64,000 bases of DNA from an uncultured Verrucomicrobia subdivision 3 bacterium. Lineage in GTDB: Bacteria; Verrucomicrobiota; Verrucomicrobiia; Limisphaerales; UBA11358. The notes under the pieces are model-generated. The model was not told where the DNA came from. It searched no databases and saw nothing but the letters and a program-made list of their open reading frames with translations. Location: positions 33,063 through 97,062 of the forward strand of contig CAIOIC010000080.1 of the NCBI GenBank assembly GCA_903858275.1, written 5' to 3'. The translations under genes and the position numbers were made by a program. This document shows positions 1 to 9,836 of the stretch, piece after piece (the first letter of the stretch is position 1; each line of letters begins with the position of its first letter).

Positions 1-521
1 TAAGCCTGACCAATCATTCGTATTTCAACCTTGCGGGCGAAGGCCGAGGCACGATTGAAAATCATTGGCTTCAGATTACATCGTCCGAAATTGTCCCGAC
101 CGACGAACAGATGACCTTGCTCGGGATGCGTTCGCCGGTGGCCGGAAAAACCAATGATTTCAACCGCTCAAAGCGGCTGGGTGACGCGATTTCCGGCCTG
201 CTGAATTCGCACGGCGACAATTACCTGATCGCGCATCCGATTCGTAAATCTTTGCAGTTAGTTGCCCGCTTGGAAGACCCGTCGAGCGGGCGGATCATGG
301 AAGTGCTCACCACCGAAGATTGCCTGCAACTCTACACCGCCGCTTTCATGGATAATTCGCTCATTGGAAAATCCGGGCGGGCATATCCGAAATTTGGCGG
401 TCTTTGTCTGGAATGCCAAGGCTATCCGGATGGTGTCAATCATCCCGAACTGGGCGACATCATTCTGAAGCCCGGACAAGCTTATCAGCAAACCACCATT
501 TACCGTTTTCAAAAAACATGA
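1..521 (+). CDS. galM: Aldose 1-epimerase (galactose mutarotase), C-terminal part; 5' end lies outside the window
   Basis: Frame-3 translation from nt 3 reads SLTNHSYFNLAGEGRGTIENHWLQITSSEIVPTDEQMTLLG... with no stop back to the window edge. The NHSYFNL and GLCLECQGYPDGVNHP patterns match my memory of GalM-family mutarotases. Confidence 0.8.
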   Translation, partial: SLTNHSYFNLAGEGRGTIENHWLQITSSEIVPTDEQMTLLGMRSPVAGKTNDFNRSKRLGDAISGLLNSHGDNYLIAHPIRKSLQLVARLEDPSSGRIMEVLTTEDCLQLYTAAFMDNSLIGKSGRAYPKFGGLCLECQGYPDGVNHPELGDIILKPGQAYQQTTIYRFQKT

Positions 522-1348
522 AACTAAAACTAGTCCGTCATTTGTGGGGCGTGGATGGCACCCACGGTTACAGCCATTACCTGCCGCGCTGGCGGGAGGT
601 CGGTTATGAAGTTGTCGAAGCCTCGCTGCGATTGTCGCCGAACCGTCCGGCGCTTCTGCGTTTGCTGAAGGAAGACGGACTGCAATGGGTGCCGCAGGTT
701 TTCAGCCGTGACTTTGTGCCCGGCGGAACCGTGCGAGAACATTTGGATTCGTTGCAACAGCAAATCGAGGAGTGTTTGGTGCACCAGCCGATTTTTTTCA
801 ATGCCCACAGCGGCTCCGACACCTGGAGTCTGGCGCAGGCGGAGGATTTTTACGGTGCCGTGCTCGAACTGGAGCGACGCCTCGGCGTGACGATTACGCA
901 TGAAACCCACCGCCTGCGCTATTTTGGCAACCCATGGACGACGCGACCGATTCTTGAGCTTTTTCCAACGCTGAAGTTGACCTGTGACTTCAGTCACTGG
1001 GTGTGTGTGGCGGAGCGGTTGCTGCCGGACTGCGGCGAGATTATTCAATTGGCGGCGCAACACTGCCATCACCTTCATGCCCGCGTCGGCTTTGAGGAAG
1101 GCCCGCAAGTTTCTGACCCGCGCGCGCCGGAATGGGCGGGGCATCTGGCTGCTCACGAAGTCTGGTGGAATCAAATCTGGAAAATCCAAAAACAACGCGG
1201 TGTTGCCACGTCCACTCTGACGCCTGAATTTGGCCCCGCGCCTTATTTGCACTTGCTGCCGTTCACGCAGGCTCCCGTAGCCAATCTGGCAGATATCTGT
1301 GACTGGATGGCGATTCGTGAACGCGACAATTTTTCATCACGCCATTAA
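518..1348 (+). CDS. Sugar phosphate isomerase/epimerase (xylose-isomerase-like TIM barrel)
   Basis: The ATG at 518 overlaps the galM stop (ATGA). The ORF-track start at 404 would overlap galM by more than 100 nt. The 276-aa product has metal-site-like motifs THETH, CDFSHW and HLHARVG typical of this fold. Confidence 0.6.
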   Translation: MKLKLVRHLWGVDGTHGYSHYLPRWREVGYEVVEASLRLSPNRPALLRLLKEDGLQWVPQVFSRDFVPGGTVREHLDSLQQQIEECLVHQPIFFNAHSGSDTWSLAQAEDFYGAVLELERRLGVTITHETHRLRYFGNPWTTRPILELFPTLKLTCDFSHWVCVAERLLPDCGEIIQLAAQHCHHLHARVGFEEGPQVSDPRAPEWAGHLAAHEVWWNQIWKIQKQRGVATSTLTPEFGPAPYLHLLPFTQAPVANLADICDWMAIRERDNFSSRH

Positions 1349-1399
1349 TCCATTATAGCCTTGGCGGACGATGAGCCGGAAGTTGATTTGCGGATTAAC

Positions 1400-2227
1400 T
1401 CAATTCGCTTTGGATTGCCAGGCTGCCTGACGGACTTTTAGTGGCGACCCGCCTTGAAGCTGTTTGACCCAGCGGGAAAAGTGAAAAGGATTTTTGAAGC
1501 CGCACAAGTAGGCGATCTCGCCCACGGTGTGGCCGCTTTCGCCGAGCATGGCAATGCCCCGTTCCGTGCGCAGTTTCCACAAGTAACGCGCCGGCGTGGT
1601 CCGGAGCGCGGTTTGGAAACGGCGGATGACCACATTCCGGGAAACTCCCGCCGCTGCCTGGGCATCCCGCAGGCAGTCTTCCGTTCCCAAGTGGGCTCGC
1701 ATATGTCGGATCACTTTGTGAACTACTTCGTCGCTGCCCGGCACGACGGCGGATTGTTCCGAGATGTTGAGGTATTCTGCAAATAGGCCGAGACCCAGAA
1801 AATCAATCTCCCACAAAACCGACGGGTTCCGGTTGTTGCGCAGTTCCAGCGCGGTGGCCAGCAGGTTGCGCCAGATCACCGACGGCGGCACTGCTGCCGG
1901 GGCGTTGCGCAGCGCCCGCTGCATTTTTTTTGGCAAGCCCGTCGGCTTGATCTCGCACCAGGAATGATGCGTCTCGTGGCGGGTGGAAAATTCCCAGTGC
2001 TCGCGGTGTCCGGGACGAAAAAGATATACCAAGCCCGTAGTCAGTTCTTGGGAGACTTTGTCCACCGTGACCCGGCAACTGCCGGAGTGCAGCAGCACCA
2101 GTTCGTAATGGCGCTGGCGGCGCGGGCCGCATTGTCCGCCCGGCTGATAGCGCACTTCGCCAATGGTTATTTGCGCGGTGGAAACCCGCCGGTTTATCCA
2201 GGCGATGTTGGTGCCAAAGTCATACAC
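1400..2227 (-). CDS. AraC family transcriptional regulator with cupin-like N-terminal domain
   Basis: The C-terminal tandem HTH (VGEIAYLCGFKNPFHFSRWVKQ) is AraC-type. The N-terminal half looks like a beta-rich sensor domain. GTG start. The gene is divergent from the CAZyme array. Confidence 0.85.
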   Translation of the reverse strand: MYDFGTNIAWINRRVSTAQITIGEVRYQPGGQCGPRRQRHYELVLLHSGSCRVTVDKVSQELTTGLVYLFRPGHREHWEFSTRHETHHSWCEIKPTGLPKKMQRALRNAPAAVPPSVIWRNLLATALELRNNRNPSVLWEIDFLGLGLFAEYLNISEQSAVVPGSDEVVHKVIRHMRAHLGTEDCLRDAQAAAGVSRNVVIRRFQTALRTTPARYLWKLRTERGIAMLGESGHTVGEIAYLCGFKNPFHFSRWVKQLQGGSPLKVRQAAWQSKAN

Positions 2228-2405
2228 GATGTTTAATTATGTCTGGGCAACTATAACCGTCAACGTCAGACGGTGATGGCGGATATGTTTTTGGTGAAGC
2301 CAGTCATTCTTTGTCCGGAGCCGGGGCGGTATCTTTGGCAATGAACAACCACGACAATTCTCTATGTTTGAAGCACCATGTTGGCTGGGCTGTGGAAACT
2401 CAATT

Positions 2406-4556
2406 ATGAAATCATTATTTGTTGCCGGCTTAATCGCATTGGCGTCCGCTGGATATATGCGGGCGGATAATAACCATGCGGCAAATGCCAGCGCCGCCGG
2501 TCAGCGGCAAGTCATTTCCCTCGATGGCGCCTGGCAGATTGCCGAAGGTTCGCTGTCTAATGCGCCGCTGCGTTTTGACCGGACGGTGCCGGTCCCGGGG
2601 CTGGTGGATCTTGCCACACCGCCGTTTGTGGAACCGGGACCGAAGGTGGCGAATCGGAAACAGGTTCCACAGAAAGATTCCCGGCGGGATGCGTTCTGGT
2701 ATCGGCGGACATTTACTCTGACCGCTCCGATTCCGGCGTTGGCGACGCTGAAGGTCGGCAAGGCCATGTTCGGCACGCGAGTAATTCTGAATGGTAAATT
2801 GCTGGGTGACCATGCTCCTTGTTTCACCTCGGGATATTTTGAGGCGAAGGACGCGTTGAAAACCGGGGAGAACGAATTGCTCATCCGGGTTGGCGCGGAT
2901 CGCGATGCGGTGACGGCGGCGGTGCCGTCGGGATTCGATTTTGAGAAGGATCGTTACATTCCCGGCATTTTCGATTCGGTGGAATTAATTTTATGCGGCA
3001 CACCGAACATCGTGAATGTGCAGGTGGCGCCTGATTTGACCAACCAGCAGGCCAGGGTGCGCGTCTGGTTGAAGGGCGTTACGGATGGCGAGGTGACGGT
3101 CGAAGTGCGCGCGGCGAAATCGCGCAAGGTTATCGGCAAATGCAAGGCCCGTTTGACGTCGTCGGCAGAGCCGGTGGTTGATCTTGTATTACCAATGGCC
3201 GGGTGCCGGTGGTGGTCGCCGGAAGACCCGTTTCTTTATGAATTGACCGCGCGAACGGCAGGCGATGAGTTCACAACGCGGTTTGGAATGCGCGAGTTCA
3301 AATTGGATCCGGCGACGGGGCGGGCGATGCTGAACGGTAAACCCTATTTCATGCGCGGCAGCAACATCACGCTCTATAGGTTTTTTGAGGATTCCGAACG
3401 TGGCGTGCTGCCGTGGAGCGAGGCCTGGGTGCGTAAGCTGCACCAGCGCATGAAGGACATGCACTGGAACAGCCTGCGCTACTGCATCGGATTTCCCCCG
3501 GAATTCTGGTATCGAATCGCGGACGAGGAGGGCGTGCTGATTCAGGACGAGTTTCCGATTTGGTTTGGCGGGACCAGGTGGAGCACCTTGTCGAAGGAAT
3601 TGAAGACGGACGAATTGGCGAAAGAATATGCCGAGTGGATGCGCGAGCGCTGGAACCATCCGTCTGTGGTGGTCTGGGATGCAAACAACGAAACGGTCTG
3701 TTCTGAAACCGGGCCTGCCATCCAGTCGGTGCGCGGACTGGATATCTCGAATCGTCCTTGGGACGACAGTTACAATTATCCGCAAGACCCCGGCGACGTT
3801 TACGAATCTCACCCTTACCATTTCAGTAATCCCAAATTCAAGTTGTCTGGGCTTGCCACCGCCAACCCGGTTCCCGCCGGCAACGTCTTCACCAACGACG
3901 GCAAGTACGCGGTCGTCATCAATGAATACGGCTGGCTCTGGCTGAATCGCGATGGCACGCCGACCACGCTGACCAGCAATCTTTATCTCAATCTTCTCGG
4001 CACAAATTCCACGACGGAACAGCGGCGGAATCTTTACGCGCGCTACACCGCCGCCGAAACCGAATTCTGGCGCAGCCACCGGAAAGTCGCTGCCGTCCTG
4101 CATTTTACCGCGCTCGGTTACTCCCGGGCCGACGGTCAGACGAGCGACCATTGGAAAGAAGATGGGGTTGCGAAGCTTGAATGGGAGCCGGAGTTCTACC
4201 GGTATGTCCGGGATTCGTTCGCGCCGATCGGATTGATGGTGGATTTCTTTGCCGAGAAAGCGTTTATTGGAACGGGTGTGAAAATTCCAGTGGTCGCTAT
4301 AAATGATTTATACGAGGCGTGGAAAGGTCCCGTCACGCTTCGCCTCAAGATTGGCGAACGCATCATCTCCAAGCGGCAATTGCCATGCCGGATTGAAGCC
4401 TTGGGCCGGACAAATCTCGTCTTTGATGTCAAACTTCCTGAACAAACTGGAAACTGCACTATTGAAGCCGAGTTGCGCGGCGCGGACGGACATCCAGTTC
4501 GCAGTGTGCGCGAGGTGATCATCGAAACACCTCAGATTTCAGCGCCCGCCAATTAA
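2406..4556 (+). CDS. Glycoside hydrolase family 2 (beta-galactosidase/beta-mannosidase-like), secreted
   Basis: MKSLFVAGLIALASAG reads as a signal peptide when translation starts at 2406 (alternative ATG at 2364). GH2-like blocks are FWYRRTF, VILNGKLLGDH, ENELLIRV, MRGSN, MHWNSLRY...IADEEGVLIQDEF and NHPSVVVWDANNE. Confidence 0.85.
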   Translation: MKSLFVAGLIALASAGYMRADNNHAANASAAGQRQVISLDGAWQIAEGSLSNAPLRFDRTVPVPGLVDLATPPFVEPGPKVANRKQVPQKDSRRDAFWYRRTFTLTAPIPALATLKVGKAMFGTRVILNGKLLGDHAPCFTSGYFEAKDALKTGENELLIRVGADRDAVTAAVPSGFDFEKDRYIPGIFDSVELILCGTPNIVNVQVAPDLTNQQARVRVWLKGVTDGEVTVEVRAAKSRKVIGKCKARLTSSAEPVVDLVLPMAGCRWWSPEDPFLYELTARTAGDEFTTRFGMREFKLDPATGRAMLNGKPYFMRGSNITLYRFFEDSERGVLPWSEAWVRKLHQRMKDMHWNSLRYCIGFPPEFWYRIADEEGVLIQDEFPIWFGGTRWSTLSKELKTDELAKEYAEWMRERWNHPSVVVWDANNETVCSETGPAIQSVRGLDISNRPWDDSYNYPQDPGDVYESHPYHFSNPKFKLSGLATANPVPAGNVFTNDGKYAVVINEYGWLWLNRDGTPTTLTSNLYLNLLGTNSTTEQRRNLYARYTAAETEFWRSHRKVAAVLHFTALGYSRADGQTSDHWKEDGVAKLEWEPEFYRYVRDSFAPIGLMVDFFAEKAFIGTGVKIPVVAINDLYEAWKGPVTLRLKIGERIISKRQLPCRIEALGRTNLVFDVKLPEQTGNCTIEAELRGADGHPVRSVREVIIETPQISAPAN

Positions 4557-4569
4557 TAACAAAAAAGCC

Positions 4570-6387
4570 ATGATCTCAATCATTACCCGAATCAGTATGA
4601 GCGCAATGGCAGGCGTCTTGAGCCTGCTCATCACGGTGCATGAGGCTTCTGCGGCGAAACCCGTGGGCGAACCGCTGATTATCGCCGAGCCGCGCTCGCT
4701 CATCTACTTCGGCCCCGGGGATCCGGCTCCAGCATCCGTGGTCAAGGTGGTGCCGGTCGTCGGTCAGGAGTTTTCCCAGGCGCTGCAGGTGAATACCTTC
4801 GGCGTGGTGGCCAAGCCCAAGACTGATTTTGGGTTATATGCTCGCCTTGCTGCGCCCGTGAATCAGGGCGATGTGTTGTGGATTTCCTTCAAAGCCCGTT
4901 GTCTTGAAGCCAAACGCGAGAGCGGGGAAGCGGCCTTCGAGCTGCGCTTCGACCAGCTCGTGAACAGTAAATACAAATGGCCGCCTTATCTCGAACGCGG
5001 CGTTTCGGTCGGGCGCGAATGGACGGAGGTCAGCATTCCCTACGCGATGGAGCGGAAGGTCGGGCCCGCAGACATGCGCTTGGCGATGAGTTTCGATCAC
5101 TATCCGCAACGTTTTGAAATCGGCCCGGTCACCTTCATCAATTGCGGGTCGAATATCCGCATGACGGATTTGCCCCGCAGCGTGGTGCGCTACGGCGGCT
5201 CCGAGCCGGATGCCCCTTGGCGTGCGGCGGCTGCCGAACGCATCGAGAAGTTTCGCAAAGGCGAGTTGATGCTCAAGGTGATGGACCGTGACGGTCGCCC
5301 TGTGGCCGACGCGGCGGTCGCGGTGCGTATGAGGCGGCTCGACTTCCTGATTGGCACGGCGATTGGCTCCCGAAACATGTTGGACGCGGCCAGCCCGGAC
5401 GCGCAACGCTACCGGGAGATTGTTTCAACCTATTTCAATCACGTCGTCTTCGATAACGACATGAAGTGGCCGCTCTGGGCGGCGCAGAACTACAAGCCCG
5501 AAGCGCTACTCCCTATCTTGGACTGGCTCAAGGAGCATGGCCTGACTGCCCGTGCGACGCCCATGGTGTGGCCCTCCTGGCGCCATCTGCCCGTGTATCT
5601 GAAGGAGTTCCAGAACGACCCTGCCACGCTGCGTCGCGAAGTGTTCAAGAATATCGAGCGGCAGACGCGCGTGATGAAGGGCCGGTATGTTCAATGGGAT
5701 GTGACGAACGAGCTTTTCGCAAATCACGATCTGGTGGATATTCTCGGCCGCGACGAAATCGTGGCGTGGTATCGCGCGGCGCAGGCCGGCGCTCCGGATG
5801 TGAAACTCTGTTACAACGAATACACAATGTTCCATCCCGACGGCCCCGGGCCGGAGCATTTTTTCGAGACCATCAAGTTTCTCAAAGAGAAGGGTGCGCC
5901 GCTCCAGGGACTCGGCGAACAGGCGCATGTCGGCGGTTCACCGCCCGGCATACCCTTGGTGCTGGCTCGGCTGGAGCGTTTTGCAGCGCTGGGCTATCCC
6001 ATCACGATTACCGAGTTCGACATGAACAGCAACGACGAGGATTTTCAGGCCAGCTATATGCGCGACTTCATGACCGCCGTGTTCAGCAATCCCCACACCG
6101 AGGGGTTGGTGCAATGGGGCTTCTGGGCGGGGTCGCACTATTTCCCCAGCGCTGGCCTGTGGAACAAGGATTGGAGTCTACGCAAACACGGACAAGCGTT
6201 TGTTGACATGGTGACCAAGACCTGGCGCACCGATGCCGATGGGCGCACCGCCGCCGATGGCGCCTACGCGACGCGCGGCTTCTACGGCGACTACGACGTC
6301 ACGATCACTCACGCCGGAAAAACCAAAACCGTGCGCCTCAAACTGGCCCCCGGCACCGCCGTGCAAACTATCACCGTTCCGCTGTGA
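4570..6387 (+). CDS. Endo-1,4-beta-xylanase, GH10 catalytic domain with N-terminal CBM4/9/22-like module
   Basis: GH10 signature blocks are WDVTNE, LCYNEYTM, GLGEQAHVG, ITITEFDM and GLVQWGFW. The N-terminal region of about 200 aa is beta-sandwich-like. A signal peptide is present. Confidence 0.85.
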   Translation: MISIITRISMSAMAGVLSLLITVHEASAAKPVGEPLIIAEPRSLIYFGPGDPAPASVVKVVPVVGQEFSQALQVNTFGVVAKPKTDFGLYARLAAPVNQGDVLWISFKARCLEAKRESGEAAFELRFDQLVNSKYKWPPYLERGVSVGREWTEVSIPYAMERKVGPADMRLAMSFDHYPQRFEIGPVTFINCGSNIRMTDLPRSVVRYGGSEPDAPWRAAAAERIEKFRKGELMLKVMDRDGRPVADAAVAVRMRRLDFLIGTAIGSRNMLDAASPDAQRYREIVSTYFNHVVFDNDMKWPLWAAQNYKPEALLPILDWLKEHGLTARATPMVWPSWRHLPVYLKEFQNDPATLRREVFKNIERQTRVMKGRYVQWDVTNELFANHDLVDILGRDEIVAWYRAAQAGAPDVKLCYNEYTMFHPDGPGPEHFFETIKFLKEKGAPLQGLGEQAHVGGSPPGIPLVLARLERFAALGYPITITEFDMNSNDEDFQASYMRDFMTAVFSNPHTEGLVQWGFWAGSHYFPSAGLWNKDWSLRKHGQAFVDMVTKTWRTDADGRTAADGAYATRGFYGDYDVTITHAGKTKTVRLKLAPGTAVQTITVPL

Positions 6388-6420
6388 TTTTGACTTGCAG
6401 GCGTTTCTGAAAGCTGAACC

Positions 6421-8565
6421 ATGAATGCAATGAACCGCCGCCATTTTCTCGTCACGAGTTTAACGGCTGCCTCCGCCGTCACGCTCGGGTTGCGTCTGGA
6501 TGCGGCTGAGGCGGCTGCCTACCAGTTTGACCCGACGCCCGACATCATCAAAGCTCCGAAAAATCCCGCGCTCTGGCCGGAGTTTCGCAAGCAACTGGCC
6601 GAATGGCGCGAGAAGAAACGTGGCGAATTGAACTACTTCGATGCGCTTTATCAGCGTGCTGATTTCGCGTGGGTGCCGGGCAGCTATGTTTGCTATTTCC
6701 TGATGTTGAACGACGAGCGTTTCTACGACGCAACCAGCGGGCGTTATCTCGTCAAGAAATGGCTTGCCGCCTGTCAGCGCGACTTCGGCGGCGTGGACAG
6801 CGTGGTGCTCTGGCACGCGTATCCCCGCATCGGACTCGATGACCGCAACCAGTTTGATTTCTACCGGGACCAGCCCGGTGGCCTGACCGGACTGCGCGCC
6901 GTGGTGGATGAACTGCATCGCGCCGGTGTGCGCTCCTACATTGACTACAACCCGTGGGACAAAGGCACGCGCCGCGAGGCGAAGGGTGACATTGACATGC
7001 TGTGCGAGATTGTGGCCGCGCTGGACGTGGATGGCATTTTTCTGGATACGATGAAGGAAGGCGCGGCGGATTTTCGGAAAATGCTCGACGCCATCCGTCC
7101 GGGCGTGGTGCTGGAGGGCGAAATCTCGCTGCCGATGGAACGCATCGCCGATCATCACATGGGTTGGGCGCAGGGTTTCAAGGACAGCGAGGCACCCGGC
7201 GTGGTGCGGAACAAATGGTTCGAGCGCCGCCACCAGCTTCATCATGTGCATCGCTGGGGGCATGATCGCACGGAATTTTTTCAGACGGCCTTCATGAATG
7301 GCACGGGCACGATGCTTTGGGACAATGTCTTCGGTAGTTGGGTCGGTTACAGCCCGCGCGAGAAATCCATTTTGCGTTCCATGCTGCCCATCCAGCGATG
7401 TTTTACGGCGCTGTTTTCCGGCGAACAATGGACGCCGCTCGTGCCGACAAACAACGCCGAGGTCTTCGCCAGCTTGTGGGAGGGCAACGGCCTCCGGCTG
7501 TGGACGCTGGTGAATCGCGCGACACGGGAAATCAAAGTTGAACTGCCGAATATTGAACTGAAAAATGACGAGCGGCTTTGGGATTTAGTTTTTGGCACCG
7601 AAGTGAAGTTCGCCCGCACGACGATTCGCCCGCGCTGCATCGGCTGTTTCGTGGCTGCGCGAACGGAGGCGCTGGGAAATGATTTCGACAAATTTATCGC
7701 ACGTCAATTTGCCACCGACCAGGCCGCGAACTGGGATTGGAAATTTCCGAACGAAGTCCAAACGAAACTAAAACCCGTCGCGCCCACTCGGGCGTATGCG
7801 CCGGCGAAAGTTCCCGGCGGCATGGCGGTGATTCCCAGCGGAACCTATAAATATGACGTGCGGTTTTGCATCCGCGAATGTGGCTGGTATGAATCCGATC
7901 CCAACACCATTGAACGTTTTGGCTATAACCTTCATCAATTTCGGAATCAGAAAAGCGACGTGGTGCTTCCGGCTTATGCGATGGATTTGACGCCCGTGAC
8001 GAACGCCGAGTTCGCCGCCTTCCTCAAGGCTTCCCGCTACCAGCCGAAGCAGAAAGACAATTTTCTCAAACATTGGCGCAATGGTGCGCCGGTTGGAGGA
8101 CACGAGGATCATCCGGTCGTGTATGTGGATATCGCCGATGCGCGGGCCTACGCCACCTGGGCGGGCAAACGCTTGCCGACGGAGGTGGAATGGCAGTTCT
8201 CTGCGCAAGGTGGCGACGGACGGAAATATCCCTGGGGCAATCAAGAACCAAAACCAAATGACGGCTTGTGCAACGGTTTCGGCACGGACACTACGCCGGT
8301 GAAACAATTTCCCGCCGGTCGTTCACCGTTCTGTCTATATGATCTGTGCGGCAACACTTGGGAGTGGACGGAAAGCGAGCGTTCCGACGGCATCAACCGA
8401 TTCTCCATCCTGCGCGGCGGCTCACATTATCAGGCCGCCGGATCACACTGGTATATGGATGGCGGGCCGCAGGAAGTTTCTTTCGCCTGCAAATATCTGC
8501 TGCAATGGCCGGGCCTCGACCGGTGCGCCACGGTCGGTTTCCGTTGCGTGGTGGATTTGGGGTGA
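6421..8565 (+). CDS. Tat-signal protein: unassigned N-terminal domain of about 450 aa fused to a C-terminal FGE-sulfatase (SUMF1/EgtB/PvdO-type) domain
   Basis: The N-terminus MNRRHFLVTSLTAASA is Tat-like. The C-terminal blocks MAVIPSGTY, RLPTEVEWQFSAQGG, YPWGN, GNTWEWTES and RGGSHY match the FGE-sulfatase fold. I cannot place the N-terminal part (GIFLDTMKEG, possibly TIM-barrel-like). Confidence 0.65.
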   Translation: MNAMNRRHFLVTSLTAASAVTLGLRLDAAEAAAYQFDPTPDIIKAPKNPALWPEFRKQLAEWREKKRGELNYFDALYQRADFAWVPGSYVCYFLMLNDERFYDATSGRYLVKKWLAACQRDFGGVDSVVLWHAYPRIGLDDRNQFDFYRDQPGGLTGLRAVVDELHRAGVRSYIDYNPWDKGTRREAKGDIDMLCEIVAALDVDGIFLDTMKEGAADFRKMLDAIRPGVVLEGEISLPMERIADHHMGWAQGFKDSEAPGVVRNKWFERRHQLHHVHRWGHDRTEFFQTAFMNGTGTMLWDNVFGSWVGYSPREKSILRSMLPIQRCFTALFSGEQWTPLVPTNNAEVFASLWEGNGLRLWTLVNRATREIKVELPNIELKNDERLWDLVFGTEVKFARTTIRPRCIGCFVAARTEALGNDFDKFIARQFATDQAANWDWKFPNEVQTKLKPVAPTRAYAPAKVPGGMAVIPSGTYKYDVRFCIRECGWYESDPNTIERFGYNLHQFRNQKSDVVLPAYAMDLTPVTNAEFAAFLKASRYQPKQKDNFLKHWRNGAPVGGHEDHPVVYVDIADARAYATWAGKRLPTEVEWQFSAQGGDGRKYPWGNQEPKPNDGLCNGFGTDTTPVKQFPAGRSPFCLYDLCGNTWEWTESERSDGINRFSILRGGSHYQAAGSHWYMDGGPQEVSFACKYLLQWPGLDRCATVGFRCVVDLG

Positions 8566-8571
8566 TACGAA

Positions 8572-9834
8572 ATGAATTCCCTTGCCCAGATGAATTCAAA
8601 CAATCCCGATACCAACATGATTAACCGAAGGGGTTTTATCAAAACCTCATCCGTCGTCACCGCCGGCTCACTGCTCGGTGGCAGTCTCGCTTCGCTGGCT
8701 GCTGCGCCAGCGGTCGTAGGCGTGACGCTCTCCGGTCATCGGTTGAAGCGGCCGCTGGCGATTGCGATGTGGGACTTCTCCTGGCTGGAGCGCCGCTGGC
8801 CGGGCGCTGGCTATGAGGATTGGGACCAGGCGTTGGATGAACTCAAGGAGCGCGGCTACGACGCCGTGCGTATTGACGCCTATCCGCATCTGATCGCCGC
8901 TGGTGCCGAGCGCGAATGGGAATTGCTCCCCTGCTGGAACCAGCACGTCTGGGGCAGCCCGGCGCTTTGTCGCGTTCGGGTGCAACCGGCCTTGAACGAG
9001 TTTATCGCCAAGTGCGGAAAGCGCGGCATCCTTGTTGGTCTTTCAACTTGGTTTCGCGAGGACGCCGCGGAAAATCTCTGCACGAAGATCGCCTCGCCGG
9101 AAGAATTGGGGCGCATTTGGAAAGTGACGCTTGATTCGATCAGCCCGGAGTTGCGCCGGCACATCCTGTATGTGGATTTCTGCAACGAGTTTCCTTCGCA
9201 CATCTCGACGCCATTCTTACCCAAGGATTTCAAACGCCATTCGCCAGAGGGGGAACGCTGGATGCGCGATTCGATTGCCGTGGCGCGCCGGGAGTATCTC
9301 CAGTTCAGTTACACCTTTTCCATTGACCGCGAATTTGATTCATTGCGCGAACAGAATACCTCCTTCCTCGATTTTCTGGAGCCGCATGTATGGATGACAA
9401 ACTTCTCCGATTTCTATCAGCAAGTTGGCTACAAGTGGGAAACCTTCGACCCGGTCGGCTACGAGAGAATTGTCGCCAAGGCCGAGACGCTCTATCGCTC
9501 CAAGCCGGCCTATTGGCAATCACGGCTGGAATATGGAATCCACCTTCTCGCCGATTGGTCGCGCGCCAGCGGCAAGCCGCTGATCACTACCGAATGCTGG
9601 GGCGTTGTGGTTTTCAAAGACTGGCCGCTGCTGAATTGGGACTGGGTGAAAGACCTGACCGAACACGGCGTCCGCACAGCCTCTGCGACGGGTTGCTGGG
9701 CGGCGCTGGCCACGAGCAATTTCTGCGGTCCGCAGTTCAAAGGCATGTGGCGCGACATCGCCTGGCACCGGCGGCTTACCGATGTGATTCACCACGGCAA
9801 GCTGCCGAATTATCCCCTCCAATTGAAAAGTTGA
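8572..9834 (+). CDS. Putative glycoside hydrolase, cellulase-like TIM-barrel family, Tat signal
   Basis: Tat-like MINRRGFIKTSSVV. WDFSWLERRWPGAGYEDW, RIDAYPHL and DFCNEFP resemble the sugar-binding cellulase-like family as I remember it. The family assignment is tentative. Confidence 0.45.
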   Translation: MNSLAQMNSNNPDTNMINRRGFIKTSSVVTAGSLLGGSLASLAAAPAVVGVTLSGHRLKRPLAIAMWDFSWLERRWPGAGYEDWDQALDELKERGYDAVRIDAYPHLIAAGAEREWELLPCWNQHVWGSPALCRVRVQPALNEFIAKCGKRGILVGLSTWFREDAAENLCTKIASPEELGRIWKVTLDSISPELRRHILYVDFCNEFPSHISTPFLPKDFKRHSPEGERWMRDSIAVARREYLQFSYTFSIDREFDSLREQNTSFLDFLEPHVWMTNFSDFYQQVGYKWETFDPVGYERIVAKAETLYRSKPAYWQSRLEYGIHLLADWSRASGKPLITTECWGVVVFKDWPLLNWDWVKDLTEHGVRTASATGCWAALATSNFCGPQFKGMWRDIAWHRRLTDVIHHGKLPNYPLQLKS

Positions 9835-9836
9835 AT

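Noticed and set aside
404-517. 5' extensions of ORF-track entries (404..517, 9390..9836, 56732..56869, 2364..2405, 59255..59287, 41349..41372).
   Set aside because: The extensions overlap the upstream gene in another frame or precede a much better start: an internal ATG placed at or next to the upstream stop, followed by a signal peptide or the conserved N-terminus.
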